A stretch of DNA of 64,000 nucleotides, taken from NCBI RefSeq assembly GCF_009834535.1, contig NC_045697.1, forward strand, positions 103,542,001 through 103,606,000, written 5' to 3'. Position 1 is the stretch's first letter, and every line of letters starts with the position of its first letter. Source of the DNA: Camelus ferus. Lineage: Eukaryota. Positions 1 to 11,959 of this stretch are shown piece by piece. The notes below the pieces were generated by a model. It did no database searches. It was not told where the DNA came from and worked only from the letters and a program-made list of their open reading frames with translations. The translations under genes and the position numbers were made by a program.

Positions 1-87
1 GCAACATGTGGTCTCTCACTAAACTGTGGCTTACTCAACATTAAAATTTAAAAAGTGTTACATCACTTGGATTATTCTACTGTTTTA

Positions 88-183
88 TTTGGGGGGGGAT
101 TGCAGTATAGTTGATTTACAATATTGTGTTAGTTTCAGGTATACAGCAAAGTGATTCAGTTATATATGTACATGATTTTATAC
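88..183 (-). mobile_element. L1 3'-end stub
   Basis: GTATAGTTGATTTACAATATTGTGTTAGTTTCAGGTATACAGCAAAGTGATTCAG is the reverse of an L1 3' terminus; TSD TCTACTGTTTTA at 76-87 and 184-195. Confidence 0.8.
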
Positions 184-498
184 TCTACTGTTTTAAACTT
201 GTACCAAGTACCAGAAATCATCATCGTCTGAGGGATCTGTAGCACTGAAAAATGGAAAGTGACTGTTTTCATGGCCGGGACTAGAACATCATTTTTTAGA
301 ACAGCAATCCCTTCAAGATTTCTTTGCCCATTTTCAGATTCTTTACATGTTGGAATAAAATATCTAATAAGTTATCGTTTATACTCTGTCATCTGGTTAG
401 AACGTAGCTGTTCTCGTTTGTTAACCCTTAAAGGTTTTTAAATCTCCTTGTTGCTCTAAGATCAGAGAACAAGTGGTTTCTTGATTTAGAGCTTGTAA

Positions 499-716
499 CA
501 GTGTTTCTCAACCGCACTGGACATCTGGGGGCAGGTAATCCTTCGCTGTGGAGGGCCGTCCTGTGTTTTGTAGAATGTTAAGCGGCATCCCTGGCCTCTG
601 CTTAACAGACACTGGTAGCACCTCCTTCCTCAGTCAGGAGAATCCAAAATGTCTACAGACATTTCTCAGTGTCCCTGTGGATGGGGTTTAAAATCACTCC
701 TGATGGAGAACCACTT
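499..716 (-). mobile_element. MER20 (hAT-Charlie) DNA transposon
   Basis: CAGTGTTTCTCAAC...GAGAACCACT terminal inverted repeats; internal GCATCCCTGGCCTCT and AAAATGTCTACAGACATT. Confidence 0.85.
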
Positions 717-3202
717 GCTTATGGAAATTATTTGGGGACCTTTCTAGAATGCAAATTATAGTGCTTCTTACCTGGAGAGTCTGACCAGGGGTGGGTTTCA
801 GGAACTTGTATTTTAACAAGCATCTGTGTTGATTCTGATGCAGCTAGTTCTTGGACAACACAGAAACCTTTCTGTTTTCTTCATCTTTTGTCCCGTGGCC
901 AGTAATAGAGATATCACTAGGTTATAGCTGTTCACGTGCGTGGATGATGCTGTCCTAGTCACTGTACCCACTGTTGGGGGAGGAGGGGAAGGGCCAGGGA
1001 TTTTCCTTGGCACTGCCCTTAAACACCGCTTCCACAGGCCCGGGCAGTGTGCTCAGGGTCCAGGGATACCAAGTGAGCAAGACATTTTTCTTGTCCTGAG
1101 AACCTTAAAACCCACTGGTCAGCAAACAGGAAAACTACGAAGCAGCCTGCTGAGGGCCGTGACTGGGCACAGAGAGGGTGCTCTGAGTGCACAGGGTACC
1201 AGCTCAGCTTGGGCCAGAGGGGAGGAAAGTAGCCCCTGCTGCGTGGGGAGGACGGACTGGTCTGAATCCTTTGAAAGAGGGCTAAGTATCCTCTGTCTCA
1301 GACGGGAGATCTGTAGAGAGCTGGTGTTCTCCTTGTCTGATGCCTCTCTGACACGGATGTGGGAGTCCACAGCTGCATTTACTTGGGCTGTAGTGTCATG
1401 TTCCACTGCAGGTTTTTTGTTTTTTGTTTTTCCATCTCAGTGTTCTTTTACCCTAAACTGTAAATACTCTGAGTAGGTGAAAGTTTACAGTAAACATTGC
1501 CAAGAAACAAGGATCTGCATGTCTTCTCCTCTATGATATAACTCAGTCATATTAAATATATTTCCACCTGACCATTTTTATGTATCTTCACAGGCTAATT
1601 TATGGTACTGTCACTTTGAGTGTTTCCCCCCCAATACTACTGCTCTCCAAAGAGATCTCTCACTGTCTCCATGACCATTCCCCAGGTTTAACAAGAGAAT
1701 CTTGACATATTCAAAAGGGTAGCTGTACCTCTGAAAGAGCTTTGGGCTTTGGGGTCAAGCCTTTGTTCTGCTCACCACCTCGAAGGGTTACTACATGAAT
1801 TGCTCAGGAATCTAACGTGGCCAGGCACGTAGTTAGCTGGATGAATCAAACTTGGTCCCCCAACCCCCGTTCTTGACCTCTCAGTAGCTTCTGCCAGAAA
1901 ATATACTGCTTTTGACTTAATAGCCATTTATGAAAATAGGTCATTTGAAACAAGCCCAAGCAGGAGTCAGGGAAGGGAGAGGAGGCACAGAGGGTGATTA
2001 TGGCTTTAGTTTTGAAGAGAAGTTTTATCAAGGTGACCCTGAAGAAAGGAAGCCTTTTTCCTCTTACGTGTTTATGGTTCAAGAGGCTTTTCTCTTCCTT
2101 CAGAAACAGGTCAGAACTGATCCTTCTGCCTTATCCAATTTAAAAGATGAAAACTTAAAATTATGTGAGCCAAGTGATGGGAAAAATTGTGGTGCTGAGA
2201 CCAATTTACTCATACAAAATGGATTTATAGGCAAGTCATTAAGTAACAGGGAGTACCACAGAAGCCTGATGAAGACAAATGGAAAAGATACGCTCTCCTC
2301 AAGTGGTGGATAAAATGTGTTTGAAACAACCATCCTGTTTCAAAATAACATAAAAAATTTTTTTTTCAAGAGATTTAGAACAATGGAGATGTTCTAGAGA
2401 GTAATCGTGAGAAGCTTGGTACTAGTCTCTCATGTGGTTTCCAGTCTTTTGAGGGAGAAAAGACTCCTCTTTAAAAAAAAAAGTGCATAGAAGAGAGTAA
2501 ATAGTGACAAGTTATATCAAATGTAACCAAATGGGAAACTGTGAGGCCAGAAACTGAGTGAGATGACCTGTCTCCAATCTGTGATAAGGTGGAAACAGAA
2601 CTCCTGCAGGTCTTTGCTTAAAACCTTCCCATGGCCACTATCACTGACAGTCTTTCCCATACTCGCCAGCCCATAAGAATTTCCTAGGTTTTTGCAAACG
2701 GATTGCTGGGTTCTGCCCCGGAACTACTGAGTCAGAATCTCTAAGTGACAGATGATTTGGGTTAGGGAAACTGACCTAGAGGCTTAAGGCCGCGCTCTGC
2801 CTTGCTGTGTCCCCCAAGAGCGTGTTCCTCACCCCTTGCCGAGGTAGCATTTCCCTCTCAAACCTAAACACACTGTCCAGTGCCTTTGTTAAGATTCCTC
2901 TCCTTTTCAGCTGGTGGACTACTTTTTCTCCACAGGTGTACCTTTGGAAATCTTTCTTTGATCTGCCAGGCCTGGGCTCAGTGATGTTCTCTGCATGAAT
3001 TTTATCCAAATGTAAACAACTTTTAAAAACTTCTCCATTTGCATGTTTCTGCCCCCTTGGGAGTGTAAGCTCTGAGGGCGCAAGGCCATGTCTTACTGGA
3101 ATTGCATCCCTAGCCTAAAGTACCTGACACTTAAGTGCTGGATGACTATTTGAAGTGTTGGGTGCCTTCAGGAAGAGATTGATGTTAATTGCAGTAAAGA
3201 TG

Positions 3203-3300
3203 AGGCTTAATGGCAGAGGTGTGATCTTTGATGAGCTTAGAAGAAGAATATAGGCTTAATGGCAGAGGTGTGATCTTTGATGAGCTTAGAAGAAGAATAT
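3203..3300. repeat. Perfect 49-bp tandem duplication
   Basis: AGGCTTAATGGCAGAGGTGTGATCTTTGATGAGCTTAGAAGAAGAATAT twice (3203-3251 and 3252-3300). Confidence 0.95.
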
Positions 3301-4824
3301 ATGTGTGCTTTTTTAAAAGATGAGGAAAGATAGTATTAATAACATTTTTAAAGTAATATCATCAGTTAAGCAACTAACAGTCTAGGTTTGTATTTTTTTA
3401 ATGTCATTAACTTTTACCTTTGGACAAGGTGGTTAATCACAGATTTTCATATCACAATACATTTTAGTGGGGTTTTTAGCACAAAATAAACAGCTAGTTT
3501 TATCTCAATTTTGTACATGAGGAAGCTGACATAATGGGACTTAGCATCTGGTGGGAAATGAATCTAAGACCCGTGAGTTGGGTCTCTATCAGACCTTCAG
3601 AGTTAATAGTCTCTCCAGACCCTGTCATCCACAAAACAGCACATGTTCAAGACATAAGTAAAGCACTTCATGGGTGAATGGCAAGATCTGTTTCTTTTTA
3701 CTAAGCTCGTTAAAGGTACTGAATCTGCTACAGGATTTACTTTGTAATTTTTTTTTCTTGTGCTCAAAACAGCATAAATAAAGTTGTTGTGTGGTCTGAG
3801 TCATGAATGAATAGTGATTGTCCTGAATGGTAATTTTAGTTATCTGTTGAGACTGTGTAGCTGAAAAAATACATAAACTGGTAATTCGTTGGAAAAGTTA
3901 AAATTTGCCGAGCAGAATAATTAGTTGATCAATTAAAAAATCTTTCAAGCCTTGGAGAGATGGAATGGATGAGGATAGACCAAGTAATAGCCCCACATTC
4001 AAGAATAGTTTATGAAATTTGTGTTTTCTTTTATTTAACTTGAGATGTTGACTTTTCTTACTTAAAGAAAATTATTTTACTTTAATTATTTACTTAAATT
4101 TACTTTTGTTTACTCACACCCTTTAAGCAGGAGTTTAAGTTCTAGATTCTAAGTTCTTTAAGGTCACAGCCTGTGTGTATGGTATTTTTTGAATCCCCTT
4201 GCAGTGTGTCCATACACATAATTATTAACCAAATGAAAAGCCAATAACCTAGTATTCTAGCTTATCCAAACTGCTGAGCCTTGCACAGATTCACTTTGAG
4301 AAAATCTCCAAACGATGATCTTAAACCTGAATTCAGATCATTGAGTGGATGGACTTGGAGTGAGATAAGCAATGCTGTTTATGGAAGAATGTTTAGTGAA
4401 AATTTTGATTGAAAACTAACAAAAAAACCGATCTGAGTTCTTTAGGGGAGTCCTTAAAATATTGTATTTATATTTATTTTTAAGTGTCAGTGCTGTTTTT
4501 ATGGCTACCAAATAAAAGTGATGCTAGATTCGACTGAAACAGAAAAGTTAATTTCCAATTTGTATACCAAAGTATTTTGAGAGAGAACTTATATAACAAG
4601 ATGAGTTTTGAAAGGAGTGATGGGCAGTTCTGTATGTCTGTGATTGATTTGGGTGCATAATGTTCTTTCCCTATTTCAGATTCCTATTATATTTGATTTT
4701 TAAGATTTTTTGCTTTATTATATGGAATGTCTGTCTGCTGTCATTACAATAGTGTAAATCAGAATCTTCGGCTACATTAGCAGCTTTCTGGAGGCTGTAT
4801 AAAGATGTGATTAAGACATGGGCT

Positions 4825-4995
4825 GGCTAGCCACTTACTGGCTGTGTGACCTTGACCAGGATGCCTCGCCCTTTCTGTGTCTGTTCATTAGTAAAATGAG
4901 GTTAAAACAATACCTACCTCAGTGAGCTCCAAGTGGATTAATAGATGTAAAGTGCTTAGAGAAGTGCTAGCATGTAGTGCACTCAAATTTTAGCT
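4825..4995 (+). mobile_element. MIR relic
   Basis: CCACTTACTGGCTGTGTGACCTTG...GTAAAATGAGG...ATACCTACCTCA...TGTAAAGTGCTTAG core. Confidence 0.7.
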
Positions 4996-5661
4996 CTCAG
5001 TTATGATTATAATTTTTTTCAGAGGGACTGTTTTGACATCAGTAGTTGTAAATGTTATATAAGCAGCATATAATCTGTGATTTTAAAATATGGCTGATTT
5101 GAACTTGAATATTGATTCCGTCACATTTGGGGGCATGTTGTTTCATCTTTCTGTGCCTTTATTTTCACCAGCAACGTGGGGATATTAAGACCTTCTCCCC
5201 AGGGTCCTCGTAAAGATTCAATTTGATAGTGTTTTTATAAGGATCTTAGCAGAGCGCTCAAGCATAAGACAAGCATTCCCTAAGGGGTGGAGGTGGTTGT
5301 GCTTGTGGTGGCTGTATTGACTACACCTGAGACAGCAGTGAACGGCGTGATTGAGAACAGGGGCTCTGTAAACACAGGGACTCTTCTGTGACGAGGCTGT
5401 GTCATAGGGTTCCGGTGGGGCTGAATGAGAGAAGAGGTGTAAAACACTTATTAGCTCAGCATCAGGCTCGCTGGGAAGTACTGGCATCGCGTTAGCTGCC
5501 TCGTTGCTGGAGCATGGTGGAGTGATGTTGACTTCACTGTGATCCTTTGACTCTTGATTTCCTGTAAATACATGAAAGGCTTCCAGTCTTTTTTGTTGAA
5601 TAATTAACTTTTATCTTTGCCTTTATTGCTCCTTTTCAGATTTCGGACCAGGGTTGTTAAA

Positions 5662-5755
5662 ATGAGTCTGCGGAAGCAAACACCCAGTGACTTCTTAAAG
5701 CAAATCATCGGACGACCAGTAGTGGTAAAATTAAATTCTGGAGTGGATTATCGAG
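5662..5755 (+). CDS. LSM6: LSM6 (U6 snRNA-associated Sm-like protein), first coding exon
   Basis: ATG at 5662 gives MSLRKQTPSDFLKQIIGRPVVVKLNSGVDYR+G, the recognisable LSm6 N-terminus and start of Sm1. Acceptor AGs at 5638-39 and 5650-51; donor G|gtaata at 5756. 94 nt, phase 1. Confidence 0.97.
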
Positions 5756-8700
5756 GTAATATCTTCATGCTGCATCTTTGCTGGTGTTAACTAAATAACT
5801 AAAGGTGACTTAACTGATTTTTATGAGCCTCTTAGAAGTACCCAGTAGACCAAAAAGCATTGGTTGACCCCATAGTTTGTCTACCCATTTCTTTTTCTTC
5901 CTCTGAGATGGTTCATTTTAGAGAGACAGCTCTGACAGCAGAGTGTGCACTTCTGACTTGCGGTGTGATGTGCGGCTCCTGTCTCCTGTCTCTGCTTTGA
6001 GATCGTGTGTGCCTGAGTTCCCTGGTGATAGCCAGGCCTGAGTAACTGGATACTGAAAACACCTTGGCCCAGCCACATTTGTACGGAAGTGGTCAGGATT
6101 GGCAAGCAGCGATTGAGACTTCCCGCTCATATAGTGTGTGGGGTATCCAGAGACACCTTTCTGTCCTTAGGGAGGAAAAACTGCTCTTTTTAAGAGGCTG
6201 TGACTACTGAAATTAACTTTGTGGAAGTAGCAGTATCAAATTCCATTTTTTAAAGTCTGAAATTCCTAATCTTGAAAATTGAGATATGTTCCATTACTGG
6301 GAATATTTCACATGGTATAGATAACCAATTCATTAGCAGAATTTTAAATCCTTTTCTTGGTCTTTTCTGAATAGATGTTGGTCTCTTTCCTGAATAATGA
6401 TCAGAATCTCTTGTGATTTCTCCACTTTCCACACATGCAAACTTAATTTTATTGAGCGCTTGCTAGGGGTCCAGTGTGCATTAATTTAATCACTTCAATT
6501 TTCACTTTCTAGTCATAAAAATCCTTTGAGATCTCTGTTGATTGTCCCCACTTAGCAAAGGAGGAGCTGAAACTCAAACTCAAGCTTGACTTAAAAGCCT
6601 TGTTAAGAAATATTCTACTGTTTGTGTACTCCTTTTATTAGCATATCTCTGGTTTAATTTCATTTTTATAGTGGAATTAATGGATTTATACTGAATACTG
6701 AGATATTATTAAGTCTCTATGTGCTGCTTCTTACCCTGGAACTTTTGATGAGCTCAAAGAAGGTGATAGACTCCGAGAGAATCTTCCGTAGCTGATTAGG
6801 TCAGGGACCTGTGTTCAGTATCTCCTCAGTACCCTCTTCACTGAGATAGTCAGCCTGGCCTTTTTCCTCTATACTTTTTAGGGAAATGTTTTCTGTTTAT
6901 AAAGGTAATAAATATGTTTTCCTTTTCCTTTTCTTTCTTTCTTTTTTTTTAAAGAAATTTCAAAGCAAATAATGACTGGAAAGTATAGAGAAGAAAGCAA
7001 ACGCTCCCAAAATTCTACCGTCTGGAGATAATCAGCCGTAGCAGCTAGGACCTGTCTCCATATATGCATCATTTTACAGAAATGGAATCAGGGGCACGCA
7101 TCCTGATTTTTTTTAACATTAAAAATGCATTCAGGTCTCTGAGAATACAGTGTTTAATGGCTGCATGGGAGTACCATGAGTGGGTGGACCACGGTTATGT
7201 TTTTTTTAACCAGTGTCCAGTTAATGGACATTTAGGTGTTTTTTGCTGTTGTAAACAGCTCTGCTCCTTTGACATGTATCCCGAGCATTTGACCAAGTGT
7301 CTCGTTTGTAAATTCCCTGGGCTTGGAGTCAAAGAGGGTGGCAAACGGCCTCCATCAGGGCAGATGGCTCGTTTTCCCCTATTTTCTCATCAGCCCTTGG
7401 ATTAGCCTTTGATTTCAACAACTTTTCCATTCTAATTGGTAACAAGTAATATCTCTTTTATATTTCTTTGTTTACTGGTTTGGGATTGAGCAACCTTTCA
7501 TATAGGTAGTAACTATAATTTTTCTCCTTTTATGAACGTCAGTTCATGGCTTCTGTAGTATTAAAGCAAAATATTGTACGGTATTGAGAATCTACGATAA
7601 AGAATATGGTTAAATAATAATAAAAAAAGAAACAGCTCTCTGTAGCAGTTGCCCTTTAAGTTTGAAGAAACTTATTTTCTGTTATTCGTTGTAGTTTAAC
7701 CCTTAGGGAAGGGAGGGGATTATCATTCCAACGTCGTGGAACCTTTTTCTTAAAAAAATCTTTGCTATGAGAATATTTTTATTAGAAGTGACCATTTCAT
7801 TTTTCAGTCCATTTAATTAATTTTCAAACAGACTTGCATATCATGTCTTAGAAGTTTCTTGCTCATTCATGATTGGGGTTTAGATCTAAAGTAATACAGC
7901 AGGAAATAAACTGTAAAGTTGTATCTTCAGCTTTCTTTTAATAGGAAATGATTGTTATTAATTGTTCACAGTCCATTCTGATGCTTTGCAAGTTTGCAGC
8001 TTCTGGCAGAATTCTGTGAGATTAATGTCCTGTGCTCTTATTACACACACACAACTTTGAAAAGGAACTGTTTTGTCTAGAGGATAATGGGGGCAGAGGC
8101 AGAGAGTGAGGAGCATATTAACGAAGTTGAGACTAAATGAAGCCATCGACTTGGTTCATCAAATCAAATTTCTGTTATATGTTTTGTGGTGTTGTTTTTA
8201 TAGAAAATACCACATGAAATTAGAGACTCAGAGTTAGAGACGTAGATTTTCATCTTTAAACAAAAAAATCATCAGGTCAAATTTTGCAAAATTGCTATCA
8301 TCTTAACACAATGAACAGGATTTACTTGAGCAGTTTCCTTGAAAGCTCCCTAGAATGTTTTTGGCTGTTTTTCTATATTAGTCTGGATTTGCAAATGTCC
8401 TCACTGGAGCCACACGGAAAGGGACGTGTTGTAATGCAATATGTCGCCTCGTGTTCTCAAGCTGCTCTTCACTGTGAGTCACAGCTTTAAGATGTTCTTT
8501 CAGGAGCACCTGCTGTCTCCTCTTCTCTATTATTGTAACAGATTGTGGAGACTTCCTCTTAACCCTGGAGTACATTCGTCTGCTGCGGGAGAGGTTGTGA
8601 AAGAATGAGATAAATCTGCCAGACCCGTACTTCATTTGGTGGCTTAAGTAAGAAATGCCACTGGACGTGAGGTGTCTTGGCTAGTGGTCATTTGTTCCTG

Positions 8701-9080
8701 CATAATTGCCCACTCCTGGTTTTAGCTTTCAAAGAATGGTACTTTATTTGGAATATTCTTACTGTGTTGCTTTTGTGAAGACTGTAAAAGTTGTCATTAC
8801 AACACGTACCACGAGAGAATCAGCAGTCCGTTGTTCTTCCTGCCAGCGGTGGGTGCACCACGGCTCTCACCCCGTATGCCTCTTAGCCTTCATTCAGACT
8901 GGCAGAGAGCAGAGATGGGGATTTTTTGTGCTTCCGTCTGTTGAGTTTCATTTACAGTGTGAATTTTTATATTAAGCATGTAAGTGCTTATGGATAAAGA
9001 GATCGTCAGCCCTAAGGTATACCCTGTAAGTTTCAACTCTTTGCTTTGTATATCTTCTCTCTGACTCACTCCGTCTCTAG

Positions 9081-9194
9081 GGGTCCTGGCTTGCCTGGAT
9101 GGCTACATGAACATTGCCTTGGAGCAGACGGAAGAGTACGTAAATGGACAACTGAAGAATAAGTACGGGGATGCATTCATCCGAGGAAACAATG
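9081..9194 (+). CDS. LSM6: LSM6 second coding exon
   Basis: ctctag| acceptor; encodes (G)VLACLDGYMNIALEQTEEYVNGQLKNKYGDAFIRGNN with the Sm1 DxxMN and Sm2 IRGNN motifs; donor G|gtaaaa. 114 nt, phases match neighbouring exons. Confidence 0.97.
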
Positions 9195-9984
9195 GTAAAA
9201 TCCTTTCACTTTGCAGTTGCGCAGTAGCCACAGTGAACCTTTCTGGTTCTAGTCAGAATCACCAGCAGGTTTTGTAGATAATTTAAAAGTTCAGTTTGGG
9301 TTCTGCTTTATTTGTTTTTAAATTCTTACATCTCAGATCTTCAGTGCAACCAGTTCTTTTTTAGATGTTTCTTGGCATTTTGGAACAAGAAATTCTCCTC
9401 ATCCTTCTCTTTACTGGTGAGGAACTGAGGGACCTTGATACACTGACCCAGAACTCAGTTCTCTTGAACAAAGGGTGTGATATTCCCGCACCTTGGCCTC
9501 TAACACTAGCGGTTGGAGCTATGAGAGTGGCCACTCTTTCCCTGCTGTCTTTGGTTTGCATCATTTGGCAGTTAGCTTGTCCTTTCCTCTATTAAGCATT
9601 CAGATACCTTTTTGTGGGAGATTTGTATCCTTTAGTTTGGCAAAAATGGCAAAATGGGAAATAAGATTCTGAACTTTCCTAACTTTTTAACAACTTATAT
9701 ATCGCTGTGATTATTATGGTTGCTTTTAAGTACCTCATTTAAAACCACATTATCAATAAAGGCACATTTGAATTTTTGTGGGGGAAGGGGAAGACCTTAA
9801 AACTGTGGAAATTATCCTTTGATGCATCCCCACTTTTTGGTCCCATCCAAATGGGTCTCCAGGACTCTTGATTTTGAATTTTTTTAATTGATGTGCATTC
9901 TTTAGTTCTGAATAACTTCTTTAACCCCCTTAACAACTGTATCTCTTTGCTGTGAACTAAACATCCTGACTTGTGGGTATTCTA

Positions 9985-10372
9985 TCTGGTCCTTATCTAT
10001 TTTATATATGTAGTATATATCTGTTAATCCTAGCCTCCTAATTCTGCCTTCTCTTCCCCTTTTGTACCTATAAAATTATTTTCTATGTCTGAGTCTGTTT
10101 CTATTTTGTAAATAAGTTCATTTGCTTCTTTTCTTTTTCAGGTTCCACATATAAGTGATATATTTGTCTTTCTCTAACTTACTGCACTTAGTATGATAAC
10201 CTCTCTGGTCCATCCATGTTGCTGTAAATGGCACTGTTTCATTCTTTCTTATGGCTGAGTAATACTCCATTGTATATATACCACATCTCTTTTACCCATT
10301 CATATATTGATGGACACTTAGGTTGCTTCCGTGACTTGGCTATTGTAAATGGTGCTGCTGTGAACATGGAGG
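9985..10372 (-). mobile_element. L1 fragment (ORF2 end / 3' UTR) in LSM6 intron
   Basis: TTCCACATATAAGTGA, CATCCATGTTGCTGTAAATGGCA and GGACACTTAGGTTGCTTCC L1 motifs. Confidence 0.8.
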
Positions 10373-11103
10373 TCATCGCATATCTTTATATATACCTTTT
10401 TTGTCCTTTCAATGTGTAGGATGTCTTCTCCTGTTTTTAGTATTGTTCTTATTTGACTCTTTCCATTTACTAAGGAATGTTAATGATCTTTCCCCATCTC
10501 AAGACAGCTGCTAGCAGTAGTCAGCTGTGGGTTCTGCGAGTGGTGAGAGGCTGGATCCTGTCACACACACACACCCCACATCTCAGTTTCCTAGTGGTGC
10601 TTTTACTGTCATTCTGGTTCTTCCCTTTGTAAAACTTTTCCCACAGGACGATCAGTGTTAGTTACCTTTAGACTGTAATTTACATCCTCCGCTCTTAGAA
10701 GAGGATCCTGGCTCATTTGATTAATCTGTGCTATGCCCTTTGATGAAGGTATCTTTTAGTGTTGACTTTGAACAAACCTATCAGAATCTGAGTAGGCCTG
10801 AGAGGAGGTAGCCTCTGGTGGAGGCTTGCCTGGAGTGACGCGGTCATCAGATGTCATCTGATTCTTATGTACCACATATGCTGAAGAGTTCAGTTTGGGT
10901 AGTCACAAGAAGACTAGCTAAGTAAAACTTTGAGTAACACCAAAGGTTGATACTTTCCAGGGAAATCAGAATAAGGACTTCAGTATCTTTAAGAAACATG
11001 ACAAATTCCTCAGCTCTTGTTTATCCTGATATAGTTTAAAAAGGAAACAGCAAGTGTAGTGATTATATTGAGGAGATGGATGAAAATAATGTCCTTTATT
11101 CTT

Positions 11104-11197
11104 TTTTTTTAATTGAAGTATCATCAGTTACAAGTGTCAATTTCTGGTGTATAGCACAATGTCCCAGTCATGCATATACATGCATATATGTATATAT
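11104..11197 (-). mobile_element. L1 3'-end stub with 17-bp TSD
   Basis: T tail + AATTGAAGTA...CAATTTCTGGTGTATAGCACAATGTCCCAGTCATGCA; TSD TAATGTCCTTTATTCTT at 11087-103 and 11198-214. Confidence 0.85.
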
Positions 11198-11578
11198 TAA
11201 TGTCCTTTATTCTTAACCTGAGGTTTAGCCTGGTAGATTTGCTAATTTACTTCACTGCAAGCATAATCATCATACCTACAATTATGGAACACTCTAATAT
11301 TCCAGAGACTTTCACATACATTCATCTTACCCATTTGGTCAGGATTTGCCAAGTCAGTCAAGTGTAGCTAAGCCTAGAACACAGTCCTGTAGCATCAAAC
11401 TCAGACCTAGATTCATAAAATTAGTCTTGTAGGAGTTCTAGGATTTCTTGTGTGGTATGAAGATTCCTTTGAAATTTGCAGAGGTGTCGGGCTAAAATCC
11501 TGTTTGCTTTTAATTTTAAAACCTGCTATTATGACACCTAAGAACAGCTTTCTCAATTGGTTTATTTTTTCTTTTCAG

Positions 11579-11613
11579 TGTTGTACATAAGTACACAGAA
11601 GAGAAGGATGTGA
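11579..11613 (+). CDS. LSM6: LSM6 last coding exon
   Basis: Long pyrimidine tract + cag|; encodes (V)LYISTQKRRM then TGA at 11611-13. Spliced CDS 94+114+35=243 nt = 80 aa + stop. Confidence 0.97.
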
Positions 11614-11959
11614 AGACAGTGAGCATGCAGTACTTCCCATACTCGGACATGGTTTTTATTAAGTTTTTCATTCCTTTTGTCATATAATTTGTCCTATTTT
11701 GTAATGGTGATTTTTCACTGACGCGTGAGAAAGATAAATGTGTAACATTGTGGATTTAATTGTAAAGCATTCTTTCATATTTAAGTTGCAACTGTTTCCT
11801 TTTACCTCTGTGTCAGTTTGCGGAAAGCAAAAAGAATTTTTTAAAAAAGAAAAGATCTTTCTCTCTTTACACGGTTTTTAACTGAAGTTTCAAGCAGTGC
11901 CGTTTGATTTGCCTGCTTTCCTTGTTGGACGGACTGAAGTGACACAGAATGTGAGGATG

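Noticed and set aside
940..1476. 178-aa ORF upstream of LSM6 coding exons
   Set aside because: GTG start, no recognisable domain, lies in the presumed LSM6 first intron.
3203..3300. Intronic C/D-box snoRNA (TGATGA present)
   Set aside because: No suitably placed CTGA D box or terminal stem found.
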